Below, one piece after another: positions 26,001 to 35,266 of a stretch of 36,905 nt of DNA. The notes under the pieces were generated by a model that did no database searches, was not told the origin of the DNA, and worked only from the letters and a program-made list of their open reading frames with translations. A program made the translations under genes and the position numbers. Source of the stretch: a virus (taxonomy: Duplodnaviria; Caudoviricetes). Numbering within the stretch: the first letter of the stretch is position 1; each line of letters opens with the position of its first letter. The DNA lies in IMG/VR virus record IMGVR_UViG_3300046833_000025, positions 1 to 36,905 of that record; one strand, given 5' to 3'.

Positions 26001-27607
26001 AGGTCACGCAGCGCTTCGCCAAGGGAGGTATCCGCACCGGCAAGGAGATGCTCGACTTCGCCCGAGGCAAGACCGTCGCAGGACAGCGCATGGACCGCCC
26101 ACTCGAGGGCGCGCCGTACAACAACTACCCACCGTCCGGCCAGTGGGGCGACTGCTCCTACACCGCCGGGTCCCTGGCCGCATTCCTCACCGGACACAAC
26201 CCTCGCCAGCGCAACTTCGCCACCGGGTCACAGGAGTCCATCCTGCGATCCTGGGGATTCACCATGGGCAAGGGGCCGGCGGGCACGTTCCGCACCGCTT
26301 GGTACAACGGCGGACCGTGGGGCGGGCACACCGCCTCAACCCTTCCGAACGGCATCAACGCCGAAATGGGCGGCGGCCGCGGCAACGGCCAACTCGGCGG
26401 TGGCGCAGCAGGATACAACCTCTCCGGTGCCACGAACTGGGCCTGGATGCGCCCCAAGGCGGACGCCTCGACCACAACCTCTACAGCGACGTCCACCGGC
26501 GGAGGCTCCGGCTCCCGCTCCGGATCCGACCCCAACGTCGTCGAGGTCAACGCCGCGAACACCGCAGCACTCACCGCCACCACCGACGACTCCCCGAAAT
26601 CCTGGTCCGACATCACCAGCAAGTTCGCCTCCGACTGGACCAAGGGCATGACCAAGGACCTGCTGTCCGTCTTCGGCTTCGAGGACTCCCTCCCGCCGAT
26701 CATGCAGGCCAAGGACCAGGCCGACAAGCTCTACGCCGTCGACGAGAAGGGAGAAGGCGAGACCGCGGTCAACAAGGACATCGCCGCCGCCACGAAGCCC
26801 GCCTCCACCGCGACCGTGAAGCGGGTCGCGCCGGGCACGGTGTCCCGTGGCGAGTACAAGCTCGGCGAGTCCTTCTACATCGGTGAGATCGCAAAGGCCG
26901 CTGCTGAACGTGGTCTGGGGTTCCAAGGCGCGAAGATCGGTGTCGCCACCGCGCTGGTGGAGGCCGGCAACCCGGTGAAGATGTGGGCCTCCTCGGTCGA
27001 CACCGCGTCGCTGAAGTACAAGCACGACGCCGTCGGCTCGGACTATGACTCCTCCGGTGTCTTCCAGCAGCGCAACAACGGCGCATGGGGGGCTATCGCC
27101 GATCGGATGAACGCACGAGGCTCTGCCTCGATGTTCTTCAACCAGATGGTGAAGAAGTTCCCGAACTGGAAGTCCATGGACCCCGGGGCAGTCGCCCAGG
27201 GCGTCCAGGTCTCCGCTTACCCGGGACGCTACAACACGCAGATGGCCACGGCCGAGCGCAAGCTCGCGAAGTGGAAGGGCAAGCTACCCGGCTTCCGCGA
27301 CGGTGGGATCGTCACTGGCGGTCGTGGCCTTCGCCGCGACGACGTCCTGGCGAACCTGTCCCGTGGCGAGGCGGTCATCAACTCCCGCAGCGTCGGGCAG
27401 TCCCCGCAGATGGCGGAGCTTCTGAACTCGTCCGGGCCGGGCGCTGTCGTCGACTGGATCCTCGATGAGCATGCCGACCGCACCAGCGCCGGCAGTGTCC
27501 AGGCCTCGCAGACGACGATCAACATTTCCGTCGACAACCCGTCCAGGGCGTTCGCCGAGTACCGGCGACTGCAGGCCAAGCAGTCCCGCGCCACCGCCGG
27601 CGTCTGA
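23018..27607 (+). CDS. Tape measure protein with C-terminal peptidoglycan-hydrolase-like domains
   Basis: ELAVAYVSIVPE start, VKGTAF tape-measure domain, 11-residue W-periodic repeats, WAEPETGGEAYIP, DCS...GHTA, ATALVE...DSSGVFQQR...AQGVQVSAYP. Confidence 0.95.
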   Translation: MANELAVAYVSIVPETSKIAPGIKQAFGAAEKTASTSGQSMGSKLSAGIGKTLKAGVVGAGVAAGAVLAKTLTAGFNRLDAIDQARAKLQTITGSAQQVDAAMADVTASVKGTAFATSDAANTAALALAAGIKPGDDLQRVLKEVGDAAAFTGKDFGELSPIFTEAAEQGKVTGETLAQMRDNGIPATSALAKHLGKTAEEVADMASKGEIDFKTFQDAMDEAIGGQALKSGQTFSGAMKNVDAALGRVGETLLKGAFAKAPEIMGKMTGVIDDVNAKLQASIDYFSTGTQDNDLWAKAFGDPAQAQQVMDTIDQVKGKIQEFKDGFAGTGDSSTMFGNLGESFGKLWEAAQRLAPAFGDIAGALGQAGMQAGFAALTGVLAALAPIIADVITPALETLGDVMKDNPALVTAVVGAFTGFKTLGFVSGMFTKIGGGAKTASGAFKFLSGVIGAGKGGGIGGALVKMMEGAKSANPVIAKLGTTAAGVGKKLVALGNVKQSFGKISGAVSKVAGVFKSGLVKAVGMASKAFKAFGAVIMANPIVAIIAAIVAVVAALVWFFTKTELGKKIWKSFMDFLGTAWQWIKDTAVSVWTSVADFFTGLWDGIKTTAENVWNGIKDFFSGLWDGIKNVFTVAWTAIKDYFTTAWENFKTNVETVWNGIKTFYSLLWEGIKLVFTTAWTMISTFFTTAWAIFTLLVQTVWNTIVLIFQTVWNTIVLVVTTVWNSIAAFFSAAWAVFTGVVSAVWNGIVSIFTAVWNWIRNIITSVWSAISGWVSGQWAAFTGLVSSVWNGIKNTISNVWNSIKSGISSAVSAIGQKLGEWVSTAKQKATEFINKVQEIPGKVKDAFANAGQWLYNAGRDVVQGLLDGIGSLIGSVGSFISDHLPFNIGGIVEGWISADGSVAYARGGVEHNAGGSVRGRREKHVAQIAAGAGPVRIWAEPETGGEAYIPLARSKRRRSSAILAKTAEIMGYTVLGTDGQPITSTIPGGDGPQKVTQRFAKGGIRTGKEMLDFARGKTVAGQRMDRPLEGAPYNNYPPSGQWGDCSYTAGSLAAFLTGHNPRQRNFATGSQESILRSWGFTMGKGPAGTFRTAWYNGGPWGGHTASTLPNGINAEMGGGRGNGQLGGGAAGYNLSGATNWAWMRPKADASTTTSTATSTGGGSGSRSGSDPNVVEVNAANTAALTATTDDSPKSWSDITSKFASDWTKGMTKDLLSVFGFEDSLPPIMQAKDQADKLYAVDEKGEGETAVNKDIAAATKPASTATVKRVAPGTVSRGEYKLGESFYIGEIAKAAAERGLGFQGAKIGVATALVEAGNPVKMWASSVDTASLKYKHDAVGSDYDSSGVFQQRNNGAWGAIADRMNARGSASMFFNQMVKKFPNWKSMDPGAVAQGVQVSAYPGRYNTQMATAERKLAKWKGKLPGFRDGGIVTGGRGLRRDDVLANLSRGEAVINSRSVGQSPQMAELLNSSGPGAVVDWILDEHADRTSAGSVQASQTTINISVDNPSRAFAEYRRLQAKQSRATAGV

Positions 27608-27636
27608 CCGGCACCACCTTCTGAAAGGAGGCCAGT

Positions 27637-28764
27637 GTGACTCTGGCGAAGATCATGCTCGAGGGCGTAGACGACTCCATGTGGGTTCTACACGGCCCCG
27701 GTGCCGCGGACTCACCGGCCCGCATGCTCACCGGCTCGGTCGGCGACCTCTTCGAGGCACCGGTCACTGTCTCGACGAAGCCCCGCGCCGGTGTCGCCGG
27801 CACCACGTACCTCGGCCACCGGGTCGAGGAACGCAACATCGTCCTGAATCTCCTGACCTTCGATGATGACCCGCAGCAGTGGGCGGTCACCGACGGGCAG
27901 TTGCGCCGCGCCCTGGCCTACGACCGGGACGCGGTCCTGCGGGTGGAGACCCCGGAGTCCGGGCAGCGGTGGATCAAGGTCCGCCTCGCCGAGGCCCCGA
28001 AGCTCAACTCTGATGTGGACCCGCACTCGCAGGCCGCCGCGGAGTGGGAGATCACCCTGCTGGCTTTGGATCCGTGGTGGCGTGGCCACACGATCACCGA
28101 CGAGGTCGTGTTCGACGGTGTCCACTTCCGCCCGACGGTCACCATCACCAACCCCGGCGATGTGGAGGCGTGGCCGCGCTGGACACTCACCTCCCCGGCG
28201 AAGTGGGCGCTGCCGAACCCGGACATTGCCGCCGGTGAGCTCGATGACCTCACCTGGCTGCCGCACCAGCCGCTCGGCCGCGACGTCGTCGTGGACACGG
28301 ACCCGCTGAACCAGACGATCTGGTCGTCCGACAACGGCGGGGACTGGGGTGACGGCCTGTGGGCTCAGCTCAACGGCGCGTTCTTCCGCAAGCCGGTCCC
28401 TCCGAGGACCAGGCCGACGACTCTGCCGGTCCGCATCGACCCACTGCCTGAACTGGAGTGGGCACTGCCGAACTCACTGCGCGAGTGGGTCACCACCCGC
28501 ATCGAAGCCCGTGCTGCCGCCGAGGGCGCGAACTGGTTCATGACCCGGACCCCGGAGCAGCTCGCCGCCGAGATCCGAACCGCACTACAGGCGGCGACCG
28601 GCCCGATCATCGACTGGCTGTCCTTCAACGTCCTCGACAACCTCGTCGCCCCCTACATCGCCCAGGCCATCACCGACGCCTGGGGAACTGTCGGGGCACT
28701 GGCGGGTGCGACCGCACAGATCAGTGTGGAGACGAAGTGGCTCCGACCGTGGGGAGGTGAGTGA
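27637..28764 (+). CDS. Distal tail (Dit)-like minor tail protein
   Basis: AAAGGAGG RBS; first gene after the tape measure; LLALDPWW, TNPGDVEAWPRWTL. Confidence 0.8.
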   Translation: MTLAKIMLEGVDDSMWVLHGPGAADSPARMLTGSVGDLFEAPVTVSTKPRAGVAGTTYLGHRVEERNIVLNLLTFDDDPQQWAVTDGQLRRALAYDRDAVLRVETPESGQRWIKVRLAEAPKLNSDVDPHSQAAAEWEITLLALDPWWRGHTITDEVVFDGVHFRPTVTITNPGDVEAWPRWTLTSPAKWALPNPDIAAGELDDLTWLPHQPLGRDVVVDTDPLNQTIWSSDNGGDWGDGLWAQLNGAFFRKPVPPRTRPTTLPVRIDPLPELEWALPNSLREWVTTRIEARAAAEGANWFMTRTPEQLAAEIRTALQAATGPIIDWLSFNVLDNLVAPYIAQAITDAWGTVGALAGATAQISVETKWLRPWGGE

Positions 28765-30434
28765 CCGTGCCGGCAATTGACCTTGCGAGACTGCGGAACA
28801 TCCGCGCAGAAGTGGACGCGCGTGCTGAGACCCGCGAGCGGATCCGCCGTGAACCACCACTGGTGCGGATGTGGGACGGCGACTGGAACCTCCGCGGTGT
28901 GGTCCGTGGCGAGTTCGAGGCGTCCTTTGACTGGGTGCTCAACGACACCGGCCAGGGCAACCTGGTGCTGCCGGCGGACCACCACCTGGCGATCTGGGCG
29001 ATGGACTTCCGCGGCCGGTCGACGAAGAATCTGCACATCACCGTCGACAAGGACGGGGCCCGCTGGTCCGGCCGGGCATCCTCGGTCGCCACGACTCGCA
29101 ACGCCGACGGTGAGCAGACGACCACCATCGAGTTCCTCTCTGACTACGAGGAGCTCAAGCACATTCTCGTCTGGCCGAATCCGTTCACCCCGGCGGCACT
29201 TCAGTTCCCCCGGGTGTGGGGACTGGCGGGCCCGGCGGTGTGGACGCTGAAGCTCACGCTGATGGTCAACCTCCTGCGTATGCAGGGCAACCTGTGGGCA
29301 CTGCCTGATGACCCGCTGGACTTCAACTCCTGGACGCAGTCGCTGGACTACAAGCGCTGGCCGATCGTCGTGAAGCCCGGTGCCCTGCTCCTCGACGATT
29401 CCGAGTGGACGATCCTCCAGTCCCGCTTCGACACCTTCCACGAGATGGCTGCCGACACGCTCGCTGATGGCGGTCTGATGGTCGAGTGCCGCCGCTGGCT
29501 CCCCGGGGACCCCCAGCCCTGGGCTGGGGCGAACCTGTGGAAGGCCGGGCAGTTGGTCATCGACATCGTCGACAAGTCCGGATGGTTCGGGCAGACCGCG
29601 GTCGGCGGCACAGTCCTCGGTGGCCTGTCCCGCACTCTGCTGGAGGTCGCCGACGACCTCGTCGATGACGTCCGAGCGGACACAGGCACGGTGCTCAACG
29701 CCCCGTCGTACGCGGTGTCCGGGTTCCTCGGCGTCTCACCTGAGCAGCCCTGGGTCGTGTACCGCGATGACGGGACCACCGGCGGCAGCTCGACCTCCAC
29801 CACGGAGGAGACGACGGTGACCTGGACGCCGGCGACCATCGGACAGGTCGTCGTCGGAGGTACGTCCATGCCTGGCATCAACGAGGGAATGGAGGCGGCG
29901 GTCCAGCTCATCGGACAGACCGTCGCAAACTACTTCCTCGTCCCGAACCTGGCGGAACCTGCGTGGACGATGCTCAAGCCGATGTTCGAGGACACGATCC
30001 TCGCCTTCGCCTCCTACAAAGGGGTCGAGCGCACCTCGCAGATGGGGTGGTCGCACTACCTCGAGGACTTCGGCGGCAATGTGCAGGCCTACACCCTCTC
30101 CGGTGTCCTGGCGATGCGCTCAGCGTGGCACAAGACCAGGGAGAAGGTCACCGCCACCGCGAAGATCGGCGACGGCAGACCCTACCTCGTCGGAGACCAC
30201 GGCCAGGGCCATTTCTTCCTCGGTGACCGGATCGGTGTCCAGGTCCCGACCGACATGGGCGGGGGAGTGGTCGTCGAGCAGGTCTCGAAGCTCACCCTCG
30301 ACTGGTCGGCCACCGATCCCCACACCTGGGAGATCACCGTCGGCGACCTCGAAGGCGACCACGACCCCGTCACTGCCGTGACCTCGAAGACCAAGGCGCT
30401 TGCAAGCCTTCTCAAGGAGATGGGACTGACATGA
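28761..30434 (+). CDS. Minor tail / baseplate hub protein
   Basis: PPLVRMWDGDWNLRG, HITVDKDGARWSGR, DYEELKHILVWPNPF, GHFFLGDRIG, as in actinophage hub proteins. Confidence 0.85.
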   Translation: MTVPAIDLARLRNIRAEVDARAETRERIRREPPLVRMWDGDWNLRGVVRGEFEASFDWVLNDTGQGNLVLPADHHLAIWAMDFRGRSTKNLHITVDKDGARWSGRASSVATTRNADGEQTTTIEFLSDYEELKHILVWPNPFTPAALQFPRVWGLAGPAVWTLKLTLMVNLLRMQGNLWALPDDPLDFNSWTQSLDYKRWPIVVKPGALLLDDSEWTILQSRFDTFHEMAADTLADGGLMVECRRWLPGDPQPWAGANLWKAGQLVIDIVDKSGWFGQTAVGGTVLGGLSRTLLEVADDLVDDVRADTGTVLNAPSYAVSGFLGVSPEQPWVVYRDDGTTGGSSTSTTEETTVTWTPATIGQVVVGGTSMPGINEGMEAAVQLIGQTVANYFLVPNLAEPAWTMLKPMFEDTILAFASYKGVERTSQMGWSHYLEDFGGNVQAYTLSGVLAMRSAWHKTREKVTATAKIGDGRPYLVGDHGQGHFFLGDRIGVQVPTDMGGGVVVEQVSKLTLDWSATDPHTWEITVGDLEGDHDPVTAVTSKTKALASLLKEMGLT

Positions 30435-30814
30435 AAACCGGAATCCCCATGCAACCGGACTGCAACCCCGATGACCCGGAGGAGTTCGCGGCCTGGGCGC
30501 TCGTCGCCATGCCCGCCGGCCCCCGCGACGTGCCCCTCCTCGTCCATCCCACGACACTGCAGGTCTGGTCCAAGCACCTCCACGACTGCGGCTTCCGCCA
30601 CCTCCCCGACCTCCAGCGCAGGTGGTACACCCCACCGTCGGGCCCGGCGGGGGAGACCGCGTGGGCCGCAACCGCGGGGAAATGGGGCGACACCCCACCG
30701 CCGGTGGATGCGGACGGCACCGTCGAGGACCTCGTCGCCTCGATGACCCCAGCGCAGCGTGACCGGTTACGCCACGCGCTCGACGACACAACTGACACGA
30801 AGGAGCAGGACTGA
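30431..30814 (+). CDS. Minor tail-region protein, DUF2744-like
   Basis: IPMQPDCNPDDPEEFAAWALVAMP...WSKHLHDCGFRH. Confidence 0.75.
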   Translation: MKTGIPMQPDCNPDDPEEFAAWALVAMPAGPRDVPLLVHPTTLQVWSKHLHDCGFRHLPDLQRRWYTPPSGPAGETAWAATAGKWGDTPPPVDADGTVEDLVASMTPAQRDRLRHALDDTTDTKEQD

Positions 30815-31629
30815 TGGCCGTCGTACCGGGTGGGTCGCACCCCACCGCCGATTCGTCCATGACCATGGCCCAGATCCAGGGACTCAAGGACGTCACCGAG
30901 TCCACGATGCTCGCCACCGTCGGCAGCAGGGTCATCGCCCCGTGGGCTGACGGCAAGAACACTTTCTTCGGATCGATCATCGGAGGGATCGGGTCCGCGC
31001 TCGCCGCCGGAATCGCGGGCATAGGGAACACCATCGGTTCGTGGGCGGCGTCCTTCTTCGAGTCCGGCACCGTGGTGAAGGACGTGAAGGACGGGCAGGA
31101 GTCACTGATGTCGCGCACGGACCTGCTTGAGTTCGTGCGCGGCTACTGCGCCGCATTCCAGTCAGTGAACGTGAACTCAGAGTGGAACATCTTCGGGGAC
31201 AATTCACGTTGGCTCCCGTATGAGTCGCAACTCGGACCGTCGAAGGGCGCACACGTCGAGAAGGGGAAGAACATCGTCCTCGACGAGGCGGGCCTGTGGC
31301 TGGTGGTCTGCTACGCACATGTCCGGTCCACCGGATTCGACGGAAGCAACCTGTCCGCAATCTACGTCGATGTGGTCCGTCCTGACGGGTCGTTGGTGCG
31401 GTCGGTGGTGGTGGACCAGACCACAGGCGGTGACTACGGGTCCATCCCCGGAGTGTTCATGGTGGTGATCCCTGAGCCCGGCTGCTGGATCAGGGTCAGG
31501 GCATGGTCAGGCAAATGGCGCTGGTGGGACGGAGGAGCCCGTAATGCCTGGATGAGCGCGGTGAAGTTCGACAACCGGCTGCTCAATCCGGGACAGGACA
31601 CCGTGCCTGACGAAAAGAACCCAACCTAG
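30814..31629 (+). CDS. Minor tail protein
   Basis: TGATG coupling; glycine-rich helix followed by a beta-rich C-terminal domain. Confidence 0.7.
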   Translation: MAVVPGGSHPTADSSMTMAQIQGLKDVTESTMLATVGSRVIAPWADGKNTFFGSIIGGIGSALAAGIAGIGNTIGSWAASFFESGTVVKDVKDGQESLMSRTDLLEFVRGYCAAFQSVNVNSEWNIFGDNSRWLPYESQLGPSKGAHVEKGKNIVLDEAGLWLVVCYAHVRSTGFDGSNLSAIYVDVVRPDGSLVRSVVVDQTTGGDYGSIPGVFMVVIPEPGCWIRVRAWSGKWRWWDGGARNAWMSAVKFDNRLLNPGQDTVPDEKNPT

Positions 31630-31636
31630 GAGAACC

Positions 31637-33085
31637 ATGACCACCATCAACTTCCTGTTCGCAGCAGTCGACAATTTCCCGACCGATGGCACCATTACGG
31701 CCAGGGCCCCGCGCCTTCGCCCGGGCGGGACCGCGGCAATCACCGGCGAACCACGCAGCACCGCACTCATCGACGGCGCCGCGACCATGGATTTGGACCC
31801 CGGCGAAGTAGTCCTCGTTATCGCTGGCGACGGCGCATCCCACACCGTCGAAGCCGTGGTGCCGGACGAAGAGTCCATCGAGTTTCTCGACCTCCTCGAA
31901 GACAACTTCGACTGGGCGCCCGAGGTCGTCCTCGCCGCCCAGGCCGCTGCCCGAGACGCCAGGGCGTCAGCCCAGATTGCCGCCGAATCAGCCGCCATCG
32001 TCGGATCCGCCCAGCGAGTGCTGCAGGCGGAAGCGGCGGCGGCGCAGTCAGTCCTCGATGCGGACGCCGCCGCACAGCGCTCCGCCACCTCCGCCACCGA
32101 GTCCGCTGGGTCGGCGACCCTCGCCGGTGAGCACAGGGACGCCACGCAGGAGATTCTCGACGACACCCTGTCAGCCGGGGCCGCCGCTGCGGACCGGGCG
32201 AGCGCCGCGGCCACTTCGGCGTCGGACGCTGCGTCCTCCGCCAGGGACGCCGCTGAGTCGGAGACAACCGCTGACAGCCGGGCGACCGCGGCGAAGACCT
32301 ACATGGATACTGCGTGGAAGAACCGTTCGGAGGCCATCGCGGCGAAGAATGAGGCGGTCGACGCACAGACAGGGGCCGAGGAAGCCCGGGGCATCGCCCA
32401 GGGGCACGCAGCGTCCGCCGCGGACTCCTGTTCTCAGGCGCAGGACGCGGCTACGAACGCTGCCTCGGATGTCCGCACCGAACTCAACTCGATCAAAGCC
32501 GACGCCCAGTCAGCGGCCACCGCCTCGGCAACCTCCGCCACAGCATCGGCGGACTCTGCCGAGCAGGCCCGACTGTCCGCTGAGTCCGCGGCGGAGGTTG
32601 TAGCCTCCGGTGTGCCGGACGCCACCCCCACGATCAAAGGCAAGATGAAGCTGGCGGGAGACCTCGCAGGCACCGCGGACGCCCCGAGAGTCCCAGGCCT
32701 CGCGGACAAGGCAGACACTGTCCACACCCACCAGATCGGCGACGTCAGTGGCCTGCAGGACACCGTCGATGACGTCACATCAGCCACGTACCAGGCCACT
32801 GCCGGCCGGATCATGCGCCGTGGGGCGGACGGCACAACCTCGGTGGCCACGCCGACGGGGAGTACTCACGCAGCCACCAAGGGCTATGTCGACAACCAGG
32901 TCAGCGGTGCGGTTGCGGACAAAGCCTCACGCTCAGACATCGATGCTCTCCGGGACGTGGTCCTGCACCGACCATCGACGTTCTCCGGAGACGGACCTCC
33001 ACCGGAAACCATCCCCGGCGCTGTCGTCGGCGACTTCTGGCTGGACGAGTCGACGATGGAACTGCACAAGATCACGGAGGTCTGA
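31637..33085 (+). CDS. Tail fibre protein
   Basis: Long Ala/Ser-rich coil, KGKMKLAGDLAGTADAP, KADTVHTHQIGDVSGLQ tail repeat, HAATKGYVD. Confidence 0.8.
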   Translation: MTTINFLFAAVDNFPTDGTITARAPRLRPGGTAAITGEPRSTALIDGAATMDLDPGEVVLVIAGDGASHTVEAVVPDEESIEFLDLLEDNFDWAPEVVLAAQAAARDARASAQIAAESAAIVGSAQRVLQAEAAAAQSVLDADAAAQRSATSATESAGSATLAGEHRDATQEILDDTLSAGAAAADRASAAATSASDAASSARDAAESETTADSRATAAKTYMDTAWKNRSEAIAAKNEAVDAQTGAEEARGIAQGHAASAADSCSQAQDAATNAASDVRTELNSIKADAQSAATASATSATASADSAEQARLSAESAAEVVASGVPDATPTIKGKMKLAGDLAGTADAPRVPGLADKADTVHTHQIGDVSGLQDTVDDVTSATYQATAGRIMRRGADGTTSVATPTGSTHAATKGYVDNQVSGAVADKASRSDIDALRDVVLHRPSTFSGDGPPPETIPGAVVGDFWLDESTMELHKITEV

Positions 33086-33088
33086 AAC

Positions 33089-33499
33089 ATGGCAATCGCA
33101 ACTGAATTTATCGGAAAGCTCGGTGGGGGACTGACATGGACGAAGATCACCCTCCCGCCAAGGAACATTGTCGGGGCACCGCCGGTAACACTGTTCGACA
33201 ACCCGGTGTCCCAAGGAAAAATCGGACTCATCAGTGTCGTTCTCAACATTGCCGGACTGGCCGGACCTGGAGGGAACATTCAGGTGGGGGACACGACCAA
33301 GTACCAGGGATACCTGAGTTACAGCGTCATGGCCAACGGCGACATTCGCTCCGGGGTGTCAGGCACCAGTGCAGCAGACGTGGGAGACGGGGGATCGGGC
33401 GCAGCCAAAGTGACCTGGCTCGGCGGCTCATCGGCGACAAGGCTCACAGTCTCCGGAACTGTGTACTGGGCAGAAATCGACCCCTACCAGGAGTCATGA
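33089..33499 (+). CDS. Small beta-rich tail-tip / fibre-associated protein
   Basis: GGAGG RBS; directly after the fibre gene; lower GC3. Confidence 0.6.
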   Translation: MAIATEFIGKLGGGLTWTKITLPPRNIVGAPPVTLFDNPVSQGKIGLISVVLNIAGLAGPGGNIQVGDTTKYQGYLSYSVMANGDIRSGVSGTSAADVGDGGSGAAKVTWLGGSSATRLTVSGTVYWAEIDPYQES

Positions 33500-33558
33500 A
33501 ACGACAGCGGTATCCCAGCCGATACTATGAGGTGACCACTGACTGACGAGGAGACCCT

Positions 33559-33780
33559 GTGGACATCATCAGCACCATCTTCAACACCATCGGAGACCTG
33601 ATCGGATGGCTTGTGCACGCCATATTCGGAGGAACCCCCGGCCAGGACATCGACTGCTCCGACTGGACCAACCCCGCCGACTTCTACCCCGGCGGCGTGT
33701 GGCCCGACGGCACCGAGATCGCCGAGGACATCACCTGCGGGGCTCAGAGCCTGGCCCCTACGTCTCCAACCGGAGAGTAA
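33559..33780 (+). CDS. Small protein with amphipathic N-terminal helix (moron-like)
   Basis: GAGGAG RBS and GTG start; TACTAT -10 candidate at 33523-33528; followed by a hairpin terminator. Confidence 0.6.
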   Translation: MDIISTIFNTIGDLIGWLVHAIFGGTPGQDIDCSDWTNPADFYPGGVWPDGTEIAEDITCGAQSLAPTSPTGE

Positions 33781-33800
33781 CCACACACAACGCAGAACAC

Positions 33801-33840
33801 CGAAAGCCCCCGGCGCCCTCGTGACGCACGGGGGCTTTCG
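33801..33840 (+). terminator. Intrinsic terminator-like hairpin (possibly bidirectional)
   Basis: CGAAAGCCCCCG...CGGGGGCTTTCG perfect 12-bp inverted repeat. Confidence 0.7.
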
Positions 33841-33863
33841 CATGCCCAGAGAAAGGAGGACCG

Positions 33864-35264
33864 ATGGACGCCAAGACACTGTCCGAAGCCATGGGCGGGA
33901 CTCTCTCGCTCGACCGGTACGCGGCACTACTACCCGCGTTCGAGACGGCAATGCGTACCGCCGGCATCAACACGCCCCTACGGGCCGCGCACTTCTGCGC
34001 GCAGCTCGCACACGAGTCCGTGGGGCTCAAGTATCAGTCAGAGATCTGGGGGCCGACCGCCGCCCAGCTAACCTACAACGGGCGCATGGGCAACCGGCCG
34101 GGCACCGACGACTGGTCACGCTTCCGTGGCCACGGCTGGATTCAGATCACCGGACGCGACAACCACACGGCGGTGTCGAAGTGGGCGCACGGTAAGGGCC
34201 TGGTCCCAACCGCAACCTACTTCGTAGACCATCCCGAGGCCCTCGGCGATGATCAGCACGTGGGCATCGGCCCCGCCTGGTACTGGACCGTCGCCCGACC
34301 ACAGCTCAACAGCCTGTGCGACCGGGACGACGTCGTCGCCGTTACGAAGAGCATCAACGGCGGGACGAATGGCCTGGCAGACCGGCAGTCCCGTCTCGCA
34401 CGGTGCAAGGCCCTCGGATCCCGACTGCTGCCGGGGAAGCAGACCAGCGTGCAGGCCGTCGAGAAGGTGCTCGACTACTCCCGGGCCGAGATCGGCCAGG
34501 ACACCTACTACTGGTGCGGACCAGCCACGACGCAGACCATCATCCAGGCTCGCACCGGGCAGATGGCCCCCGAGGCCACTCTCGCTAAGGAGCTGGGGAC
34601 CACGGTCAACGGCACCAACGGGGTCGTACAGCTCGCCCGTGTCCTCAACGCCCGCATCGGTGGGAACTGGCAGACCGGGGCGATGCCGAACGACCCGCCG
34701 CACGCCGAGGAGAAGGAGACGCTGTGGAAGCGCATCGTCGCCTCCATCAACGGAGGGGTCGGTGTCGCCGCGAACATCTGGGTGCCGCCGTCCAACTACC
34801 CGAAGGCGTCGTACACCTCCACCGAGAGCCTCCGCTACGGCGGGGGCTTCGTCATGCACTACCTCGCGGTCATGGGCTACGCCCGCGACGCCGGCGGCGT
34901 CCGCCACGTCTGGCTCGCAGACAGCGGTTTCGCCCCGCACGGCTCGTGGGTCACCTTTGACCAGTTCGCCACCATGATCCCGCCCCGCGAGTACGCCTGG
35001 GCGTCCGCCTGGGCCACCGACACCTCCGAAGGAGAGGACGACATGACCCCCGAAGACCGTGAACTGCTCAAGCAGATCCGTGACAACACCGCCGACTGCA
35101 GGTCGATGCTCATGACCCTGTCCGCCCAGGACATGGGCGACGCGAAGATCACCGGACCGTATGGCGGCTGGCCGCAGACTGGTGGGCGGACGCGCACCGA
35201 TCTGCTCGGAGCGATCGCCGAGAAGCTCGGCGTACCCGGAACTTCTGACTCGAAGGAGAAGTGA
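33864..35264 (+). CDS. Endolysin (lysin A): GH19 glycosidase plus C39-like peptidase
   Basis: AAHFCAQLAHESVGL, FRGHGWIQITGRDN, TKSINGGTNGLADR (GH19); QDTYYWCGPAT, HYLAVMGY, WLADSGF (C39-like). Confidence 0.9.
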   Translation: MDAKTLSEAMGGTLSLDRYAALLPAFETAMRTAGINTPLRAAHFCAQLAHESVGLKYQSEIWGPTAAQLTYNGRMGNRPGTDDWSRFRGHGWIQITGRDNHTAVSKWAHGKGLVPTATYFVDHPEALGDDQHVGIGPAWYWTVARPQLNSLCDRDDVVAVTKSINGGTNGLADRQSRLARCKALGSRLLPGKQTSVQAVEKVLDYSRAEIGQDTYYWCGPATTQTIIQARTGQMAPEATLAKELGTTVNGTNGVVQLARVLNARIGGNWQTGAMPNDPPHAEEKETLWKRIVASINGGVGVAANIWVPPSNYPKASYTSTESLRYGGGFVMHYLAVMGYARDAGGVRHVWLADSGFAPHGSWVTFDQFATMIPPREYAWASAWATDTSEGEDDMTPEDRELLKQIRDNTADCRSMLMTLSAQDMGDAKITGPYGGWPQTGGRTRTDLLGAIAEKLGVPGTSDSKEK

Positions 35265-35266
35265 CC

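Noticed and set aside
22892-26886. Very long alternative ORFs (22892-25669 minus, 24823-26886 plus) over the tape measure gene, and similar ones such as 506-1930 minus
   Set aside because: Shadow ORFs expected from high GC3 codon bias; low-complexity translations with no RBS or motifs.
33559-33630. True homology to staphylococcal delta-toxin (DIISTI..GDL..W)
   Set aside because: The match is too short and explained by amphipathic helix composition; kept only as a structural analogy.
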